Assembly: GCF_045037415.1 (NCBI RefSeq)
Contig: NZ_CP173438.1
Source of the DNA: Escherichia coli
Lineage (GTDB): Bacteria; Pseudomonadota; Gammaproteobacteria; Enterobacterales; Enterobacteriaceae
Reading direction: 5' to 3' (one strand)
DNA length: 64,000 bases
The position numbers were made by a program, and so were the translations under genes. Below, one piece after another: positions 26,273 through 39,330 of this stretch. Under the pieces are notes generated by a model. That model worked only from the letters and a program-made list of their open reading frames with translations. It made no database searches and had not been told where the DNA came from. The first letter of the stretch is position 1. Every line of letters begins with the position of its first letter.

Positions 26273-27337
26273 TTACTTAATGAATGGGCGGGTCAGCAGA
26301 CCGACAGGGCCAGTGGTGTACCAGCGACGGTTGCCGCGACTACGTGAGTCGCGCCCAACGGCCTGCGTCAGGCGATCGAGGATAATGGCGAGGATCACAA
26401 TCCCGACGCCGCCAACGGTGGCAAGCCCCATATCCAGACGACCGATACCGCGAAGTACCATCTGACCCAGCCCGCCGACGGCAATCATCGAAGCGATGAC
26501 CACCATAGAAAGGGCCAGCATCAGCGTCTGGTTAACGCCCGCCATAATGGTTGGCATCGCCAGCGGTAACTGAACTTTGAACAGCATCTGGCTCGGGCTG
26601 GCACCGAATGAGCGCGAGGCTTCAATCAGATCCGCCGGAACCTGGTTAATTCCCAGAATCGTCAGACGGATAATCGGCGGCAGTGCAAAGATGATCGTCA
26701 CCACCACGCCCGGCACGTTGCCGATACCAAACAGCATGACGATTGGCACCAGATAAACAAACGCGGGCGTGGTCTGCATGGCATCAAGCAGTGGACGAAT
26801 AATTTTCGCCGCTCGCGGACTTCTCGCCAGCCAGATCCCCAACGGCAAACCTATGACGATACAGAACAGCAGGGCGGTTAACACCAGCGCCAGGGTAACC
26901 ATTGCCTGTGACCAGGCACCGATTGCGCCGATGGCAATCAGCGAAACCAGCGTCGCCACGCCCATTCCGACCCCGGAAATCTGCCAGGCGATGAGAGCGA
27001 AAACGATAATCGCCACCGGCGCGGGCATACCCAGCAGCAATTGCTGGAAACCGTTGAGGATGTAATCAACCGGAACGCGCACGCCCTGAAAGACGGGACG
27101 AAAATGGGTAACGACCCAGTCGATCCCTTCAGTGACCCAACTGTCGAGCGGGATCAGAGTTTTATGGAACGGATCGAGAATATTAAAATGCTCGACGTTT
27201 GGCGCAGGCGTACTGGTCAGCCAGTCAGCACCACCGCCGTCAGTCGGTGCAGCAGCCGGTGTACCCCAGGCGTCTGCGGATTGTGCAGCACTGTCCGCCG
27301 CTGGCGTGGTATCCCACGGATTATTTTGATCAGCCAT
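26273..27337 (-). CDS. proW: Glycine betaine/proline ABC transporter permease
   Basis: 354 aa, ABC transmembrane domain. Confidence 0.93.
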   Translation of the reverse strand: MADQNNPWDTTPAADSAAQSADAWGTPAAAPTDGGGADWLTSTPAPNVEHFNILDPFHKTLIPLDSWVTEGIDWVVTHFRPVFQGVRVPVDYILNGFQQLLLGMPAPVAIIVFALIAWQISGVGMGVATLVSLIAIGAIGAWSQAMVTLALVLTALLFCIVIGLPLGIWLARSPRAAKIIRPLLDAMQTTPAFVYLVPIVMLFGIGNVPGVVVTIIFALPPIIRLTILGINQVPADLIEASRSFGASPSQMLFKVQLPLAMPTIMAGVNQTLMLALSMVVIASMIAVGGLGQMVLRGIGRLDMGLATVGGVGIVILAIILDRLTQAVGRDSRSRGNRRWYTTGPVGLLTRPFIK

Positions 27338-28532
27338 TATTTACCCCCTCACGATCTAAAGCGCGCAGCAGCATTCCTTTCGAAATGATGCCGACATACT
27401 GTTGGTCCTCGTCGACCACGGGCACCGCACAGGGTGCCTGTCCGACATGAGAGAGCAACTCGCTAAGAGGCGTTTGTGCATCGACCGCTAACGGCGCATC
27501 AATCAGCGCCGCATCAAGACCTTGCTGCTGCGTTAACGCGGCTTTAAGCGAATCGATAGACACAGCGCCGACAAACTTATTACCGCGTTCGATGACGTAG
27601 CCATATTCGCGATCTTCATCCTGCAATAATTTCAGTGCCGAACGCGGGCCGAAGCCGGGGGTTTTACGAATTAAGCCGTTCGGTGTACGACGAGCAATAT
27701 CTTTCGCACTGAACACCTGGCTAATATCGACGCCACGGAAGAAGGTACGAACATAATCATTCGCCGGATTATTAAGAATTTCATCCGGTGTACCAACCTG
27801 CACCACTTCACCATTTTGCATAATGGCAATTCGGTCACCAATACGCATAGCTTCATCGAGATCGTGGGAAATAAAGACAATGGTGCGCTGATGTTTCGCC
27901 TGTAATTTTACCAGCTCATCCTGCATCTCGGTGCGAATTAATGGATCGAGTGCCGAGAAGGCTTCGTCCATTAATAATATATCCGGATTAATCGCTAACG
28001 CGCGGGCTAATCCCACACGTTGACGCATCCCGCCAGAGAGTTCATCCGGGTAGCTGTGGGCATAATTTTCCAGCCCGACCTGACGCAGTGCATCAAGGGC
28101 TTTTTCCCGGCGTTCTTCGGCATTAATTCCGGCCAGTTCCATACCGAACGCAGTATTGTCCAGCACGGTCATATGCGGCATTAAGGCAAAGGACTGGAAG
28201 ACCATCGCAATCTTTTTTCTGCGCACCTCACGGAGTTCGACGTCGGATATTTTGGCAATATCCACACCATCAATCAGCACTTGCCCGCGGGTGGGTTCAA
28301 TCAGGCGATTGAGAAGGCGTACCATTGTGGATTTACCCGAACCGGATAATCCCATGATGACAAATATCTCGCCTTCTTCAATGGCCAGACTGGCGTCTTT
28401 TACGCCAAGCGATAGCCCAGTTTTTTCCAGAATTTGTTCTTTTGAAAGTCCTTGTTCGATATATTTGAAAGCTCGCTGTGGATGCTCACCAAATATTTTA
28501 TAAAGATTTTTAATTTCTAATTTAATTGCCAT
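27330..28532 (-). CDS. proV: Glycine betaine/proline ABC transporter ATPase with tandem CBS domains
   Basis: 400 aa, Walker [18 protein letters not shown] signature. Confidence 0.95.
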   Translation of the reverse strand: MAIKLEIKNLYKIFGEHPQRAFKYIEQGLSKEQILEKTGLSLGVKDASLAIEEGEIFVIMGLSGSGKSTMVRLLNRLIEPTRGQVLIDGVDIAKISDVELREVRRKKIAMVFQSFALMPHMTVLDNTAFGMELAGINAEERREKALDALRQVGLENYAHSYPDELSGGMRQRVGLARALAINPDILLMDEAFSALDPLIRTEMQDELVKLQAKHQRTIVFISHDLDEAMRIGDRIAIMQNGEVVQVGTPDEILNNPANDYVRTFFRGVDISQVFSAKDIARRTPNGLIRKTPGFGPRSALKLLQDEDREYGYVIERGNKFVGAVSIDSLKAALTQQQGLDAALIDAPLAVDAQTPLSELLSHVGQAPCAVPVVDEDQQYVGIISKGMLLRALDREGVNNG

Positions 28533-28600
28533 GCAATAGAAAGATTCCTGTTATTTGTTTATGTCGATACATTACCCAATGGAAATAGTCACTTTTTTCT

Positions 28601-28628
28601 ACCCTAACATACTGAGAATCTGAGGCAA
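28601..28628 (-). promoter_or_regulatory. proU osmoresponsive promoter (-35 TTGCCT, -10 TAGGGT)
   Basis: Minus-strand sequence TTGCCTCAGATTCTCAGTATGTTAGGGT upstream of proV, matching the proU P2 promoter as I recall it. Confidence 0.6.
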
Positions 28629-28887
28629 CCCCTGATGGCAAATGTGGCATGAATATTGATGTGAGCAAATCGCCGGAATTTCCCATGATATAAGGGCTGA
28701 GAGCAAATCGAGAAAAGTTGATATTTTTTGTCAAAGATAGCAAAAAAACGCCTGAATATTGTGGTTTCAGGCGAATAATGCAACAGAGTATCAGTGTAGA
28801 TCACCACAAATTATTTGCGTGATATAAAGCTATTTGGCGGGAATTATTTCCCTGCAGCGGGTAGTGATATTTTTGAAAATAACCCCC

Positions 28888-29856
<969 letters not shown>

Positions 29857-32001
29857 TTAAAGTGCACAGGAGACGCAGCCTTCAATTTCAGTGCCTTCCA
29901 GCGCCATCTGACGCAGGCGAATGTAATAGAGCGTTTTGATACCCTTGCGCCAGGCGTAAATCTGCGCTTTGTTGATATCGCGAGTGGTGGCGGTATCGGG
30001 GAAAAACAGCGTCAGCGACAGCCCCTGATCGACATGGCGAGTCGCTTCCGCGTAGGTGTCGATGATCTTTTCTGCGCCGATTTCGTAAGCGTCCTGATAC
30101 AGCGCCAGATTTTCGTTAGTCATAAACGGGGCAGGGTAGTAAACGCGCCCGGTTTTGCCCTCTTTGCGTATCTCTACTTTCGCCACAATCGGATGAATAC
30201 TCGACGTGGCATGGTTGATATAAGAGATAGAACCGGTTGGCGGCACCGCCTGGAGATTCTGGTTGTAGATACCATAGCGCATCACGTCGTCGCGCAGCTG
30301 CGCCCACATCTCACGGGTAGGTAACGTAATACCGCTACGGGCAAACAGTTCGCCAACTTTCGCCGTTTTCGGCTGCCAGTTACTTTGCAGATATTGGCTG
30401 AAATATTCACCACTGGCATAGCGTGACTGTTTGAACCCGGCGAAGGTTTCACCGCGTTCGCGCGCCAGCAACATCGAGGTACGCAGTGCGTGCCAAGTGA
30501 TGGTATAGAAATAGAGATTGGTGAAATCGAGTGCTTCCGGCGAACCATAAGCGATGCCTTCTCGCGCCAGATAGCCGTGTAAATTCATCTGCCCCAGTCC
30601 GATGGCGTGCGAGGCGGCATTTCCGGCTTCGATGGACGGCACGCTGCGGATATGACTCATATCTGACACCGCCGTTAAACCGCGTACGGCAGTCTCTACC
30701 GTGCGGGCAAAGTCGGGGGAATCCATGGTGTGGGCAATATTCAACGACCCTAGATTGCAGGAAATATCATGGCCTGTACGGGCATAGTCGAGATTCTCGT
30801 CATATTCTGAGGCGCTGTTAACCTGCAAAATTTCTGAGCAGAGATTGCTCATATTTATGCGCCCGGCGATAGGGTTAGCACGGTTAACCGTGTCTTCATA
30901 CATGATGTACGGATAGCCAGACTCAAACTGGATCTCTGCCAGTCGCTGGAAGAAATCACGAGCGTTGAGGTATTTTTTGCGAATGCGTTCATCGGCAACC
31001 AGTTCGTCATAGCGTTCGCTGATGGCGACATCGGCAAACGGTTTGCCATAAACCCGCTCAACGTCATAGGGCGAAAACAGCGCCATCTGCGCATTCTCTT
31101 TTGCCAGATGGAAAGTGATATCCGGGATCACCACGCCCAGCGACAGTGTTTTAATGCGGATTTTTTCGTCGGCATTTTCCCGTTTTGTATCGAGAAAACG
31201 CAGAATATCGGGATGATGAGCATGTAAATAGACTGCCCCAGCCCCCTGACGCGCGCCGAGTTGGTTGGCATAGGAAAATGCGTCTTCCAGCATTTTCATC
31301 ACCGGAATCACGCCAGAAGATTGATTTTCAATACGTTTAATTGGCGCGCCCGCTTCCCGCAGATTCGACAGCAAAAATGCTACGCCGCCGCCGCGTTTCG
31401 ACAGTTGTAGTGCGGAATTTACTGCCCGGCCAATCGACTCCATATTGTCTTCAATACGCAGCAGAAAACAGGAAACCAGTTCGCCGCGCTGCTGCTTACC
31501 GCAGTTGAGGAATGTTGGCGTGGCTGGCTGAAAGCGTCCTGACAGCATCTCATCGGTGAGCTGCGTCGCCAGTGTTTCATCGCCTTGTGCCAGCGTCAGC
31601 GCCACCATCGTGACGCGATCGGCAAAATCTTCCAGATAACGCTTACCGTCGAATGTCTTCAACGTATAGCTGGTGTAAAACTTCCATGCTCCTAGGAATG
31701 TCTGGAAACGAAAACCGCTGGCGTGCGCGTGGGCAAACAGCGTAATGACAAAATCGCGAGAGTAGCGATTAAGGACACTTTCATCATAGTAACCTTCGTT
31801 AACCAGCCAGTTCAGGCGCTGCTGCTGGCTACTGAAGGCCACACTGTTCGGACGCACATGCGTCGTCATAAAGGCGTCTACTGCCTGGCGATCTTTATCG
31901 AACTGAATGCGACCTGCGCTATCGTAAAGGTTAAGCATCGCATTCAGAGCGTGATAATCCATCGTTTCCTGCGTCAGGCGTTCTGCGGTTGTCGTTGCCA
32001 A
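29857..32001 (-). CDS. nrdE: Class Ib ribonucleotide reductase alpha subunit
   Basis: 714 aa, C-terminal CxxC pair. Confidence 0.95.
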   Translation of the reverse strand: MATTTAERLTQETMDYHALNAMLNLYDSAGRIQFDKDRQAVDAFMTTHVRPNSVAFSSQQQRLNWLVNEGYYDESVLNRYSRDFVITLFAHAHASGFRFQTFLGAWKFYTSYTLKTFDGKRYLEDFADRVTMVALTLAQGDETLATQLTDEMLSGRFQPATPTFLNCGKQQRGELVSCFLLRIEDNMESIGRAVNSALQLSKRGGGVAFLLSNLREAGAPIKRIENQSSGVIPVMKMLEDAFSYANQLGARQGAGAVYLHAHHPDILRFLDTKRENADEKIRIKTLSLGVVIPDITFHLAKENAQMALFSPYDVERVYGKPFADVAISERYDELVADERIRKKYLNARDFFQRLAEIQFESGYPYIMYEDTVNRANPIAGRINMSNLCSEILQVNSASEYDENLDYARTGHDISCNLGSLNIAHTMDSPDFARTVETAVRGLTAVSDMSHIRSVPSIEAGNAASHAIGLGQMNLHGYLAREGIAYGSPEALDFTNLYFYTITWHALRTSMLLARERGETFAGFKQSRYASGEYFSQYLQSNWQPKTAKVGELFARSGITLPTREMWAQLRDDVMRYGIYNQNLQAVPPTGSISYINHATSSIHPIVAKVEIRKEGKTGRVYYPAPFMTNENLALYQDAYEIGAEKIIDTYAEATRHVDQGLSLTLFFPDTATTRDINKAQIYAWRKGIKTLYYIRLRQMALEGTEIEGCVSCAL

Positions 32002-32384
32002 AATTCAGTTACTCCTTTACGAACGTTTTCGATATCGCTTTGCGTACCCATGAGTTCAAAGCGGTACAGCCACGGCACGCCGCATTTCCGGGCAATCACA
32101 TCTCCGGCGCGGCCATATGCCTCACCAAAGTTGCGATTACCCGAAGCAATAACGCCGCGCAGCAACGCCCGGTTATGCTCGTCGTTTAAAAAGCGAATGA
32201 CCTGTCGTGGCACCGCGCCAGCCGTACCGCCGCCGCCGTAAGAGGGCACGATCAGGATGTAAGACTCGTCTACCTGAATCCGTTCCCGCTCATTGAGCGG
32301 GATGCGCACCGCGGGCAGCCCTAAACGTTCGATAAAACGCTGCGTATTTTCGGAGCTGCTGGAAAAGTAGACGAGCTGGCTCAT
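31974..32384 (-). CDS. nrdI: Flavodoxin-like RNR activator NrdI
   Basis: 136 aa, overlaps nrdE start. Confidence 0.9.
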   Translation of the reverse strand: MSQLVYFSSSSENTQRFIERLGLPAVRIPLNERERIQVDESYILIVPSYGGGGTAGAVPRQVIRFLNDEHNRALLRGVIASGNRNFGEAYGRAGDVIARKCGVPWLYRFELMGTQSDIENVRKGVTEFWQRQPQNA

Positions 32385-32626
32385 GCACTGGCCGCGTGTG
32401 GCGCTGGATGCAGACGATTGATCATGTCCGGGCGGAAACCAGACCAGCTAAGATCGCCTGCAATCACAACCGGCAACTGACGAAAGCCCTGAGCACGCAG
32501 CGCTTCTGCCGCTTCAGGAACGCGATCGACATTAATCATTTCAAAATCAAAGCCCCGGTTTTCCATCGCCCGTTTAGTGGCGTGGCACTGAACGCAATCG
32601 TTACGAGTGTAAATAGTAATGCGCAT
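32381..32626 (-). CDS. nrdH: Glutaredoxin-like protein NrdH
   Basis: 81 aa with CVQC redox motif. Confidence 0.92.
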   Translation of the reverse strand: MRITIYTRNDCVQCHATKRAMENRGFDFEMINVDRVPEAAEALRAQGFRQLPVVIAGDLSWSGFRPDMINRLHPAPHAASA

Positions 32627-32813
32627 GATTCGTATTTCCGTTTAAAATGAAGATACGGCGCGATGATACGCGTCGGGTTGTCTCTCTGTTGATACAGAGA
32701 TACTAGATGTAGTTGAAAAAAGATTCAACCACACAATATATAGCAAATAATGGTCAGGGTTACCCTGGGGCGAGCGTGACGGGGTAGGGGGATTTTTGTG
32801 ATTCACCAGGCAA

Positions 32814-32845
32814 AAAGAAACCCCGAAGCCAGGCTTCGGGGTCAA
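32814..32845 (-). terminator. Intrinsic terminator downstream of ygaM
   Basis: Minus-strand hairpin ccccgaagcctggcttcgggg followed by TTTCTTTTT. Confidence 0.6.
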
Positions 32846-32872
32846 AGACGCGTATTTATTATCATTTTTGCA

Positions 32873-33202
32873 CTACGATTTGCGCATGCTTAACAGTGCG
32901 CCGATAAAAATACCCACCGCTGCCGCTGTACCCACACTACACCAGGGTCTTTCACGAACAAAAGAATCCGCGCAGCCAACGGCATCGCGCGCGGCTTGCT
33001 GGACGCGAGTACGACCATGCATTCGCGCCCTGGTTTCTTTCAGTAGAGCCTGCGCTTTACTACGAGCGGCTTCGGCTTCCCCTTTGGCGTCGCTGCCCCA
33101 GGACTTCAATACAGATTCGAGACTGTCAGCTAATTGATTGACATCATTCTGGATATCCTGCACGCCATCATCAACGTCGTTGCGGTTCGGTCGGTTAAAC
33201 AT
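32873..33202 (-). CDS. ygaM: ElaB-family ribosome-associated membrane-anchored protein
   Basis: 109 aa from MFNRPN, C-terminal TM anchor. Confidence 0.85.
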   Translation of the reverse strand: MFNRPNRNDVDDGVQDIQNDVNQLADSLESVLKSWGSDAKGEAEAARSKAQALLKETRARMHGRTRVQQAARDAVGCADSFVRERPWCSVGTAAAVGIFIGALLSMRKS

Positions 33203-33353
33203 ATGATCCCCCATTAGAATTCGATGTAATTTTCAGTGTAGACCATAATTTTCTTAACTGAGGTTCATCGCGGCTTTATGGACTTTTCTGAAAGCGTTGT
33301 GAATGCGCAATCAGGTAAGGTAGGCCCGCGGTTGATAATAACGAGGATCAAAT

Positions 33354-33698
33354 ATGTATTTACGACCAGACGAGGTGGCGCGCGTACTTGAAAAAGTCGG
33401 TTTTACTGTCGATGTGGTAACCCAGAAAGCGTATGGTTACCGCCGTGGGGAAAATTATGTCTATGTTAATCGCGAAGCGCGAATGGGACGTACCGCCCTG
33501 GTGATTCATCCAACATTAAAAGAACGTAGTTCAACACTGGCTGAACCCGCTTCCGATATTAAAACTTGCGATCATTACCAGCAATTTCCGCTCTATTTAG
33601 CGGGTGAACGTCATGAGCATTACGGTATCCCGCATGGCTTTAGTTCGCGTGTTGCGCTTGAACGTTATTTGAATGGTTTATTTGGCGAAGCCAGTTAA
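33354..33698 (+). CDS. ygaC: Uncharacterised conserved protein YgaC
   Basis: 114 aa ORF, conserved position. Confidence 0.8.
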
Positions 33699-33734
33699 AG
33701 ACGCGACTGGCGATGCCAGTCGCGAAAAGAAGGG

Positions 33735-34184
33735 TCAGGCTTTTACCTGCTGGTAACGGCTGACTTTAAACAGTCGGCGGCAATAATCGAGGAAGTAGCC
33801 ATAAACCGCCCCCATCAACATCGAAACAACGATGTTTGAACTGACTGCCGCCATAATCTGATGCCAGTCTGCGCCCACCACTAACAAGATCGCCACATAC
33901 ACCGGTGACTGGAACGTCACATAAGCCAGGATATCCGCCAGATTTTTTATCCAGCCTGACGGGCTAACTTTGCGTGCCGCGCGCATAAACAGATCGCGGT
34001 ACATACCGTATGGCCATGCAATTAAGATGTTCACCGGAATCGCTACCAATCTGGAATAAAAAGACTGTTCGAAGCTCATTCCGGAGAGGAAAACTTCAAT
34101 ACACATGTTCACGACAGAACAGTAAACAACCATCGCGAACGTATCTGCAACTGCATGACGCAAGCGTGACTGCGGTGAGAACAT
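33735..34184 (-). CDS. alaE: L-alanine exporter
   Basis: 149 aa, four hydrophobic segments. Confidence 0.85.
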   Translation of the reverse strand: MFSPQSRLRHAVADTFAMVVYCSVVNMCIEVFLSGMSFEQSFYSRLVAIPVNILIAWPYGMYRDLFMRAARKVSPSGWIKNLADILAYVTFQSPVYVAILLVVGADWHQIMAAVSSNIVVSMLMGAVYGYFLDYCRRLFKVSRYQQVKA

Positions 34185-34851
34185 GCTAATGCTCCTTAAT
34201 AAAAGCGTAATGGGATGTTAATGGAGATGAAAGCAGTGGATCTCATTGCCATCTGCATTTTTGCATAGCGTATATCGCTGGCTATGACTAATCAATTAGT
34301 GAAAAATTTTCATTTAATCTGTTTTTGTAGATAAAATATTCCGTAACGGCGCGTTTTTTGTACATTGTGGATTTTTACATGCCGATATGATTTATTTTTA
34401 ATTAAATCAATTGGATATGTGCTTGCCTTTATTTTCACTCATGAAGGTTTGGGGGTGAGGTAACGCTATAAGCGTAGAGAATTCGGTGTATGTAGTGACC
34501 GGGTCATTTTCAGCATTTTTTATGACAGATAATGTACATTGACAGCAGAAAGCACCAGTGATAGATGTTTTCTTTTATTCGGTTGAATTGCATTTTTATT
34601 CACTTTGGTTTTGTCAGGCTTGCGGAATTAGCGAGCAGAGAGAGCCGCTCTGTTCACCAATAACCGAAATTACTCATCAAAATGGCTAATATATAATCTT
34701 GAAATTATTCTGAGAGTTTCAGAAAATAACAGCTGAAATAATCTCGTGCAGGACTGTAAATAGATTAAATTTTGTGGAAATATAATAAGTGATCGCTTAC
34801 ACTACGCGACGAAATACTTTTTTGTTTTGGCGTTAAAAGGTTTTCTTTATT

Positions 34852-35256
34852 ATGTCCGTAATGTTACAAAGTTTAAATAACATTCGCACCCTCCGTGCGA
34901 TGGCTCGCGAATTCTCCATTGACGTTCTTGAAGAAATGCTCGAAAAATTCAGGGTTGTCACTAAAGAAAGACGTGAAGAAGAAGAACAACAGCAGCGTGA
35001 ACTGGCAGAGCGCCAGGAAAAAATTAGCACCTGGCTGGAGCTGATGAAAGCTGACGGAATTAACCCGGAAGAGTTATTGGGTAATAGCTCTGCTGCGGCA
35101 CCACGCGCTGGTAAAAAACGCCAGCCGCGTCCGGCGAAATATAAATTCATCGATGTTAACGGTGAAACTAAAACCTGGACCGGTCAGGGCCGTACACCGA
35201 AGCCAATCGCTCAGGCGCTGGCAGAAGGTAAATCTCTCGACGATTTCCTGATCTAA
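34852..35256 (+). CDS. stpA: H-NS paralogue, nucleoid-associated protein and RNA chaperone
   Basis: 134 aa; preceded by about 670 bp of AT-rich upstream DNA. Confidence 0.95.
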   Translation: MSVMLQSLNNIRTLRAMAREFSIDVLEEMLEKFRVVTKERREEEEQQQRELAERQEKISTWLELMKADGINPEELLGNSSAAAPRAGKKRQPRPAKYKFIDVNGETKTWTGQGRTPKPIAQALAEGKSLDDFLI

Positions 35257-35302
35257 TTACTGAGGCCGGATGTCGCTGCTATGGCGCGTCCGGCGTCGCT
35301 GC

Positions 35303-35827
35303 TCAAGCTCGTTGGTTCCACGGCATCTTATCTAACAACCTTGCCATTCCACAAAAACCACTAATTCCTGCAAGCAGTAACCCAGCACCAACAAAGCCGC
35401 TTAATAAGAAGAAAACGCTATTTACGGTATAACCCAGTACAACGCCGATTAATATTAAACCACCCGCGGCGATTTGCACCTGGCGCATTAACGGTAAGGG
35501 TTGGGATTTATTTACCGCTACTGGCAATCCTGCTTTTTTCCAGCCATCAATCCCATCTTCGAGTAAAAAGATTTCTGCGGGGGCGGCAATCGCTGCTAAT
35601 TTATCAGCGTTATTACTGGTGCGTTTACCTGCCTGGCAGTGGAATATAATTTGCTCGCGACGTAATTTAGGCGGAAGACCTGACTGTTCCAGTACGGATA
35701 ATGGAGCCAGATCTGCTTCAGGAATATGTTCACGAAGATATTCATCAGCATCACGAATATCGATTAACTTTGCGCCGCGTGCGATTAATTCTTGTGCATC
35801 ATGCGGCGAAATGGTTGTCAAAGCCAT
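35303..35827 (-). CDS. ygaP: Inner membrane rhodanese-domain protein
   Basis: 174 aa, rhodanese CQAGKR active-site loop, C-terminal TM helices. Confidence 0.88.
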   Translation of the reverse strand: MALTTISPHDAQELIARGAKLIDIRDADEYLREHIPEADLAPLSVLEQSGLPPKLRREQIIFHCQAGKRTSNNADKLAAIAAPAEIFLLEDGIDGWKKAGLPVAVNKSQPLPLMRQVQIAAGGLILIGVVLGYTVNSVFFLLSGFVGAGLLLAGISGFCGMARLLDKMPWNQRA

Positions 35828-35836
35828 AGTGACTCC

Positions 35837-36136
35837 TTACGGACAATAGACATTTTTCAGGGTGGCGATAATGGCATTTACCGCCTCATTTTTAATGGAA
35901 TATAGAATGCGTTGGGCATCCCGTTGGCAGTCGATAAGCCCTTCGCCCCGCATACGAGCGAGATGCTGTGATGTCGCAGAGGCACTCAGTCCGGTAATGC
36001 GCGTCAGCTCTCCCGCGCTGGTGCCGGGGGAACCGCTAAGCATACACAGAATCAGCAATCGTTTAGGGTGGCTCATTGATTTCAATAAGGCCGCTGCCTG
36101 TTCGGCACTGGCCTGTAATTGTGCGAGTTCAGTCAT
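35837..36136 (-). CDS. ygaV: ArsR/SmtB-family transcriptional regulator
   Basis: 99 aa wHTH, co-oriented and adjacent to ygaP. Confidence 0.88.
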   Translation of the reverse strand: MTELAQLQASAEQAAALLKSMSHPKRLLILCMLSGSPGTSAGELTRITGLSASATSQHLARMRGEGLIDCQRDAQRILYSIKNEAVNAIIATLKNVYCP

Positions 36137-36318
36137 AGTTGTTTAAGTATTTTCTAAATTAAGTAAACTCTAAACTAAGTGTGCAACATATACCAGCATC
36201 AGCAGCGTAAATGAGAGTAAAAGCGTACGCTGAAACTGGCAGGCTCCGCTAAAATTACTACGCTTAAGAGATAAAATCTCTTTTTAAACAATGAGTAATT
36301 TTCTTATAGGGAGTACAT

Positions 36319-36477
36319 ATGGGTTTCTGGAGAATCGTCATCACCATCATTCTGCCGCCGCTCGGCGTGCTGCTCGGTAAAGGGTTCGGTTGGGCGTTCA
36401 TTATTAATATTCTGCTGACACTGCTTGGCTATATCCCCGGTTTGATTCACGCGTTCTGGGTGCAAACCCGCGATTAA
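36319..36477 (+). CDS. yqaE: Pmp3/YqaE-family small membrane proteolipid (52 aa)
   Basis: Manual translation MGFWRIVITIILPPLGVLLGKGFGWAFIINILLTLLGYIPGLIHAFWVQTRD; below the ORF-track length cutoff. Confidence 0.85.
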   Translation: MGFWRIVITIILPPLGVLLGKGFGWAFIINILLTLLGYIPGLIHAFWVQTRD

Positions 36478-36560
36478 ACCTGTGCTCACCCCCGCGGCGT
36501 TAACGCGCCGCGTTCCTCTGCTACACTTTCTGAGTGTTTCCGTTAACGAATGAGGTAGCT

Positions 36561-37010
36561 ATGGGTCTGTTCAATTTTGTGAAAGATGCCGGAGAAAAAC
36601 TCTGGGACGCGGTTACAGGTCAGCACGATAAAGACGATCAGGCGAAGAAGGTGCAGGAGCATCTGAACAAAACCGGTATACCTGATGCCGATAAAGTGAA
36701 CATTCAAATTGCCGACGGCAAAGCGACGGTCACTGGTGACGGCTTAAGTCAGGAGGCGAAGGAGAAAATCCTTGTTGCGGTGGGGAATATTTCCGGTATT
36801 GCCAGTGTCGATGATCAGGTGAAAACGGCGACACCAGCCACTGCCAGCCAGTTTTATACCGTTAAGTCTGGCGACACTCTGAGTGCCATTTCCAAACAGG
36901 TCTACGGTAACGCTAATCTGTACAATAAAATCTTCGAAGCGAATAAACCGATGCTAAAAAGCCCGGATAAAATTTACCCGGGGCAAGTGTTGCGTATTCC
37001 TGAAGAGTAG
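36561..37010 (+). CDS. kbp: Potassium-binding protein with BON and LysM domains
   Basis: 149 aa from [13 protein letters not shown]; C-terminal LysM. Confidence 0.9.
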
Positions 37011-37673
37011 TTAATTGCCAGCCATCGCCTGCTGGATAATGGGAATTGGCGTCAGTAAATGCTGGCGCATTAACTCACTGGCGCGCGCGGTATCTCGCGC
37101 CAGTACCGCCGCAGTCAGGGTCTGGTGCTGATCGTGTTTATCTTCCAGCATTTCCACCGAAAGCACTGTTCGCCGCAGCCAGATAAATCGATAACGCGCT
37201 GCCAGATCAAACAACCGTTCACGCATTTGCAGCAAATAGTAAGAACCACAGCCCGCCACAATTGCAGTATGAAACGCCTGATGACGCAGATCCCACTCAT
37301 CAAGCATTTTCTCACTGGCGTCACAGGCCTCAAGCTTACTGAGCAGATGCGCTTTTGCGAGAACGTCTGCCTCCCATTCATCGCCACCGCGGGCAATCGC
37401 CAGACTCACCAGCATCGCTTCCATATTGGCGCGGGCGTCGAAAATATCGAGCAGCTCCTGCTCTGACATAGACGCCACCCGATACCCTTTTTGATTCACC
37501 ACCGTGACCAGTCGTTCTGCCACCAGTTGCGAAAGTGCTTCCCGCAACGGCCCAACGCCAAGTGCATAACGCGATGTCAGCAAACTCATCCGTAATTTTT
37601 CATCCGGCTGAAAATTGCCGCGAATAATATCGTTCTTCAGCCAGCGATAGCCATCCAGAGAGGTAATGGTCAT
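37011..37673 (-). CDS. csiR: GntR-family repressor of csiD-gab operon
   Basis: 220 aa from MTITSLDGYRWL. Confidence 0.88.
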   Translation of the reverse strand: MTITSLDGYRWLKNDIIRGNFQPDEKLRMSLLTSRYALGVGPLREALSQLVAERLVTVVNQKGYRVASMSEQELLDIFDARANMEAMLVSLAIARGGDEWEADVLAKAHLLSKLEACDASEKMLDEWDLRHQAFHTAIVAGCGSYYLLQMRERLFDLAARYRFIWLRRTVLSVEMLEDKHDQHQTLTAAVLARDTARASELMRQHLLTPIPIIQQAMAGN

Positions 37674-37693
37674 GGTGTGACTCCTGATCATTA

Positions 37694-39094
37694 TCAGCGC
37701 GTATTATGAATGGGTGTTTTTTGCCACATTATCAGCTTTTTCCAGCGAGCCATAATTGGCACGGTACAGATAATCCCAATCGCTAATAAGCCGGTGGAGA
37801 TCACTTCTAACTGTTGCGCCGGGCGGAATAGCATCACTACCAACACAAAGGTAATAAAGCCGATGACCAGCCAGGTGAGCCACGGATAAAGCCACATCCG
37901 CAGGCGAATTTCGCTTCCTTCTGCTCGCAGAATTTTGCGCATCCGCAATTGTGAAACGGCGATGACTAAATAAACCAGCAGGGCGATAGCGCCGGAGCTG
38001 TCGATCAGAAATTTAAACACCTTCGCAGGCGCGTAATAGTTCACCACCACCGTTAAGAATGCCGCGCTGGTGGAGAGTAACACCGCTACGTACGGGGTTT
38101 TACTGCGGTTGATTTTACCCATTACCGCGGGAGCATCACCGCGACGGCTTAAGGAGTAGAGCATCCTGGAAGCGGTATACAGCGCCGAGTTCAGGCAACT
38201 GGTTACGGAAAGTAATATCACGCAGTCCATGATTAATTTCGCATGAGGAATATTGAGCAATTCCAGAACCGAGCGATAAGAACCAACGGCTTTCAGCCCT
38301 GGCATATTCCACGGGATTAATGCAACAACGACAAAAATAGAACACAAATAGAAAATAGAGATACGCCAGATAACCGAGTTGGTGGCGCGAACAATATGTT
38401 TTTCCGGCGTGTCGGATTCCGCGGCGGCAATGGTGACAATTTCTGCGCCCATAAACGAGAACATGGTGATCAACATCGCGCTTAATACCGCACCGAAGCC
38501 GTTGGGCATAAAGCCGCCGCTATCCCACAATCTTGAAATCCCGCTCACGTCGGCATACGGGTAAAAACCGCTAATTGCGACGGCACCAAGGAAAATAAAG
38601 GCCAGGATAGCGATGACTTTACACAGCGCCAGCCAGAACTCAAATTCGCCGTAGTTTTTAACGCTTAATAAATTACTGCCGGTTAAGGCGAGGGTAATGA
38701 CGAGGGAAAATAACCAGATGGGAATGCCTGGAACCCATGAGTGCAGGATCATGGCGGCGATGTTGGCTTCAAGTGGGATAACCAGTACCCAAAACCACCA
38801 GTACAACCAGCCGATGGTATAGCCCGCCCAGCGGCCAATGGCTTTATCGGCATAGGTGGAAAACGAACCGGTATCGGGCGTGGCAACCGCCATTTCCGCC
38901 AACATCCGCATAATCATAACCACCAGTAATCCGGCGAACAGATAGGCCAGTAATACCGCCGGGCCCGCTTCGGCGATGGCGACGCTGGAACCGACAAACA
39001 GACTTGCGCCGATAACACCGGCAATAGACAACATGGTGACGTGGCGTGACTTCAGCCCGCCGCCTAACTCATGTGGTTGCGATGATTGCCCCAT
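37694..39094 (-). CDS. gabP: GABA permease (APC family)
   Basis: 466 aa from MGQSSQPHEL, 12 TM. Confidence 0.93.
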   Translation of the reverse strand: MGQSSQPHELGGGLKSRHVTMLSIAGVIGASLFVGSSVAIAEAGPAVLLAYLFAGLLVVMIMRMLAEMAVATPDTGSFSTYADKAIGRWAGYTIGWLYWWFWVLVIPLEANIAAMILHSWVPGIPIWLFSLVITLALTGSNLLSVKNYGEFEFWLALCKVIAILAFIFLGAVAISGFYPYADVSGISRLWDSGGFMPNGFGAVLSAMLITMFSFMGAEIVTIAAAESDTPEKHIVRATNSVIWRISIFYLCSIFVVVALIPWNMPGLKAVGSYRSVLELLNIPHAKLIMDCVILLSVTSCLNSALYTASRMLYSLSRRGDAPAVMGKINRSKTPYVAVLLSTSAAFLTVVVNYYAPAKVFKFLIDSSGAIALLVYLVIAVSQLRMRKILRAEGSEIRLRMWLYPWLTWLVIGFITFVLVVMLFRPAQQLEVISTGLLAIGIICTVPIMARWKKLIMWQKTPIHNTR

Positions 39095-39183
39095 CCTGAA
39101 TCCTCTCGAAAGTGTGTCACTTGGGAGAGCGCCCCGACATTTCCCGCGTCGGGTCACGCGTTTAATTGTTATTGGTTCTTTTT

Positions 39184-39320
39184 GCCGGAGAGCGGCTCCG
39201 CCTTATCCGGCCGACATAGATTTATTCCTGTTCACGTACAGATTGTCGGATGCGGCGTAAACGCCTTATCCGACCTGGATTCTCGTAGGCCGGACAAGCC
39301 GCAAAGCGTCGCCTCCGGCA
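39184..39320. repeat. Cluster of REP palindromic units (BIME) between gabT and gabP
   Basis: Three copies of gccggatgcggcg...cgccttatccggcc-type palindromes. Confidence 0.65.
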
Positions 39321-39330
39321 TGGTGCGGTG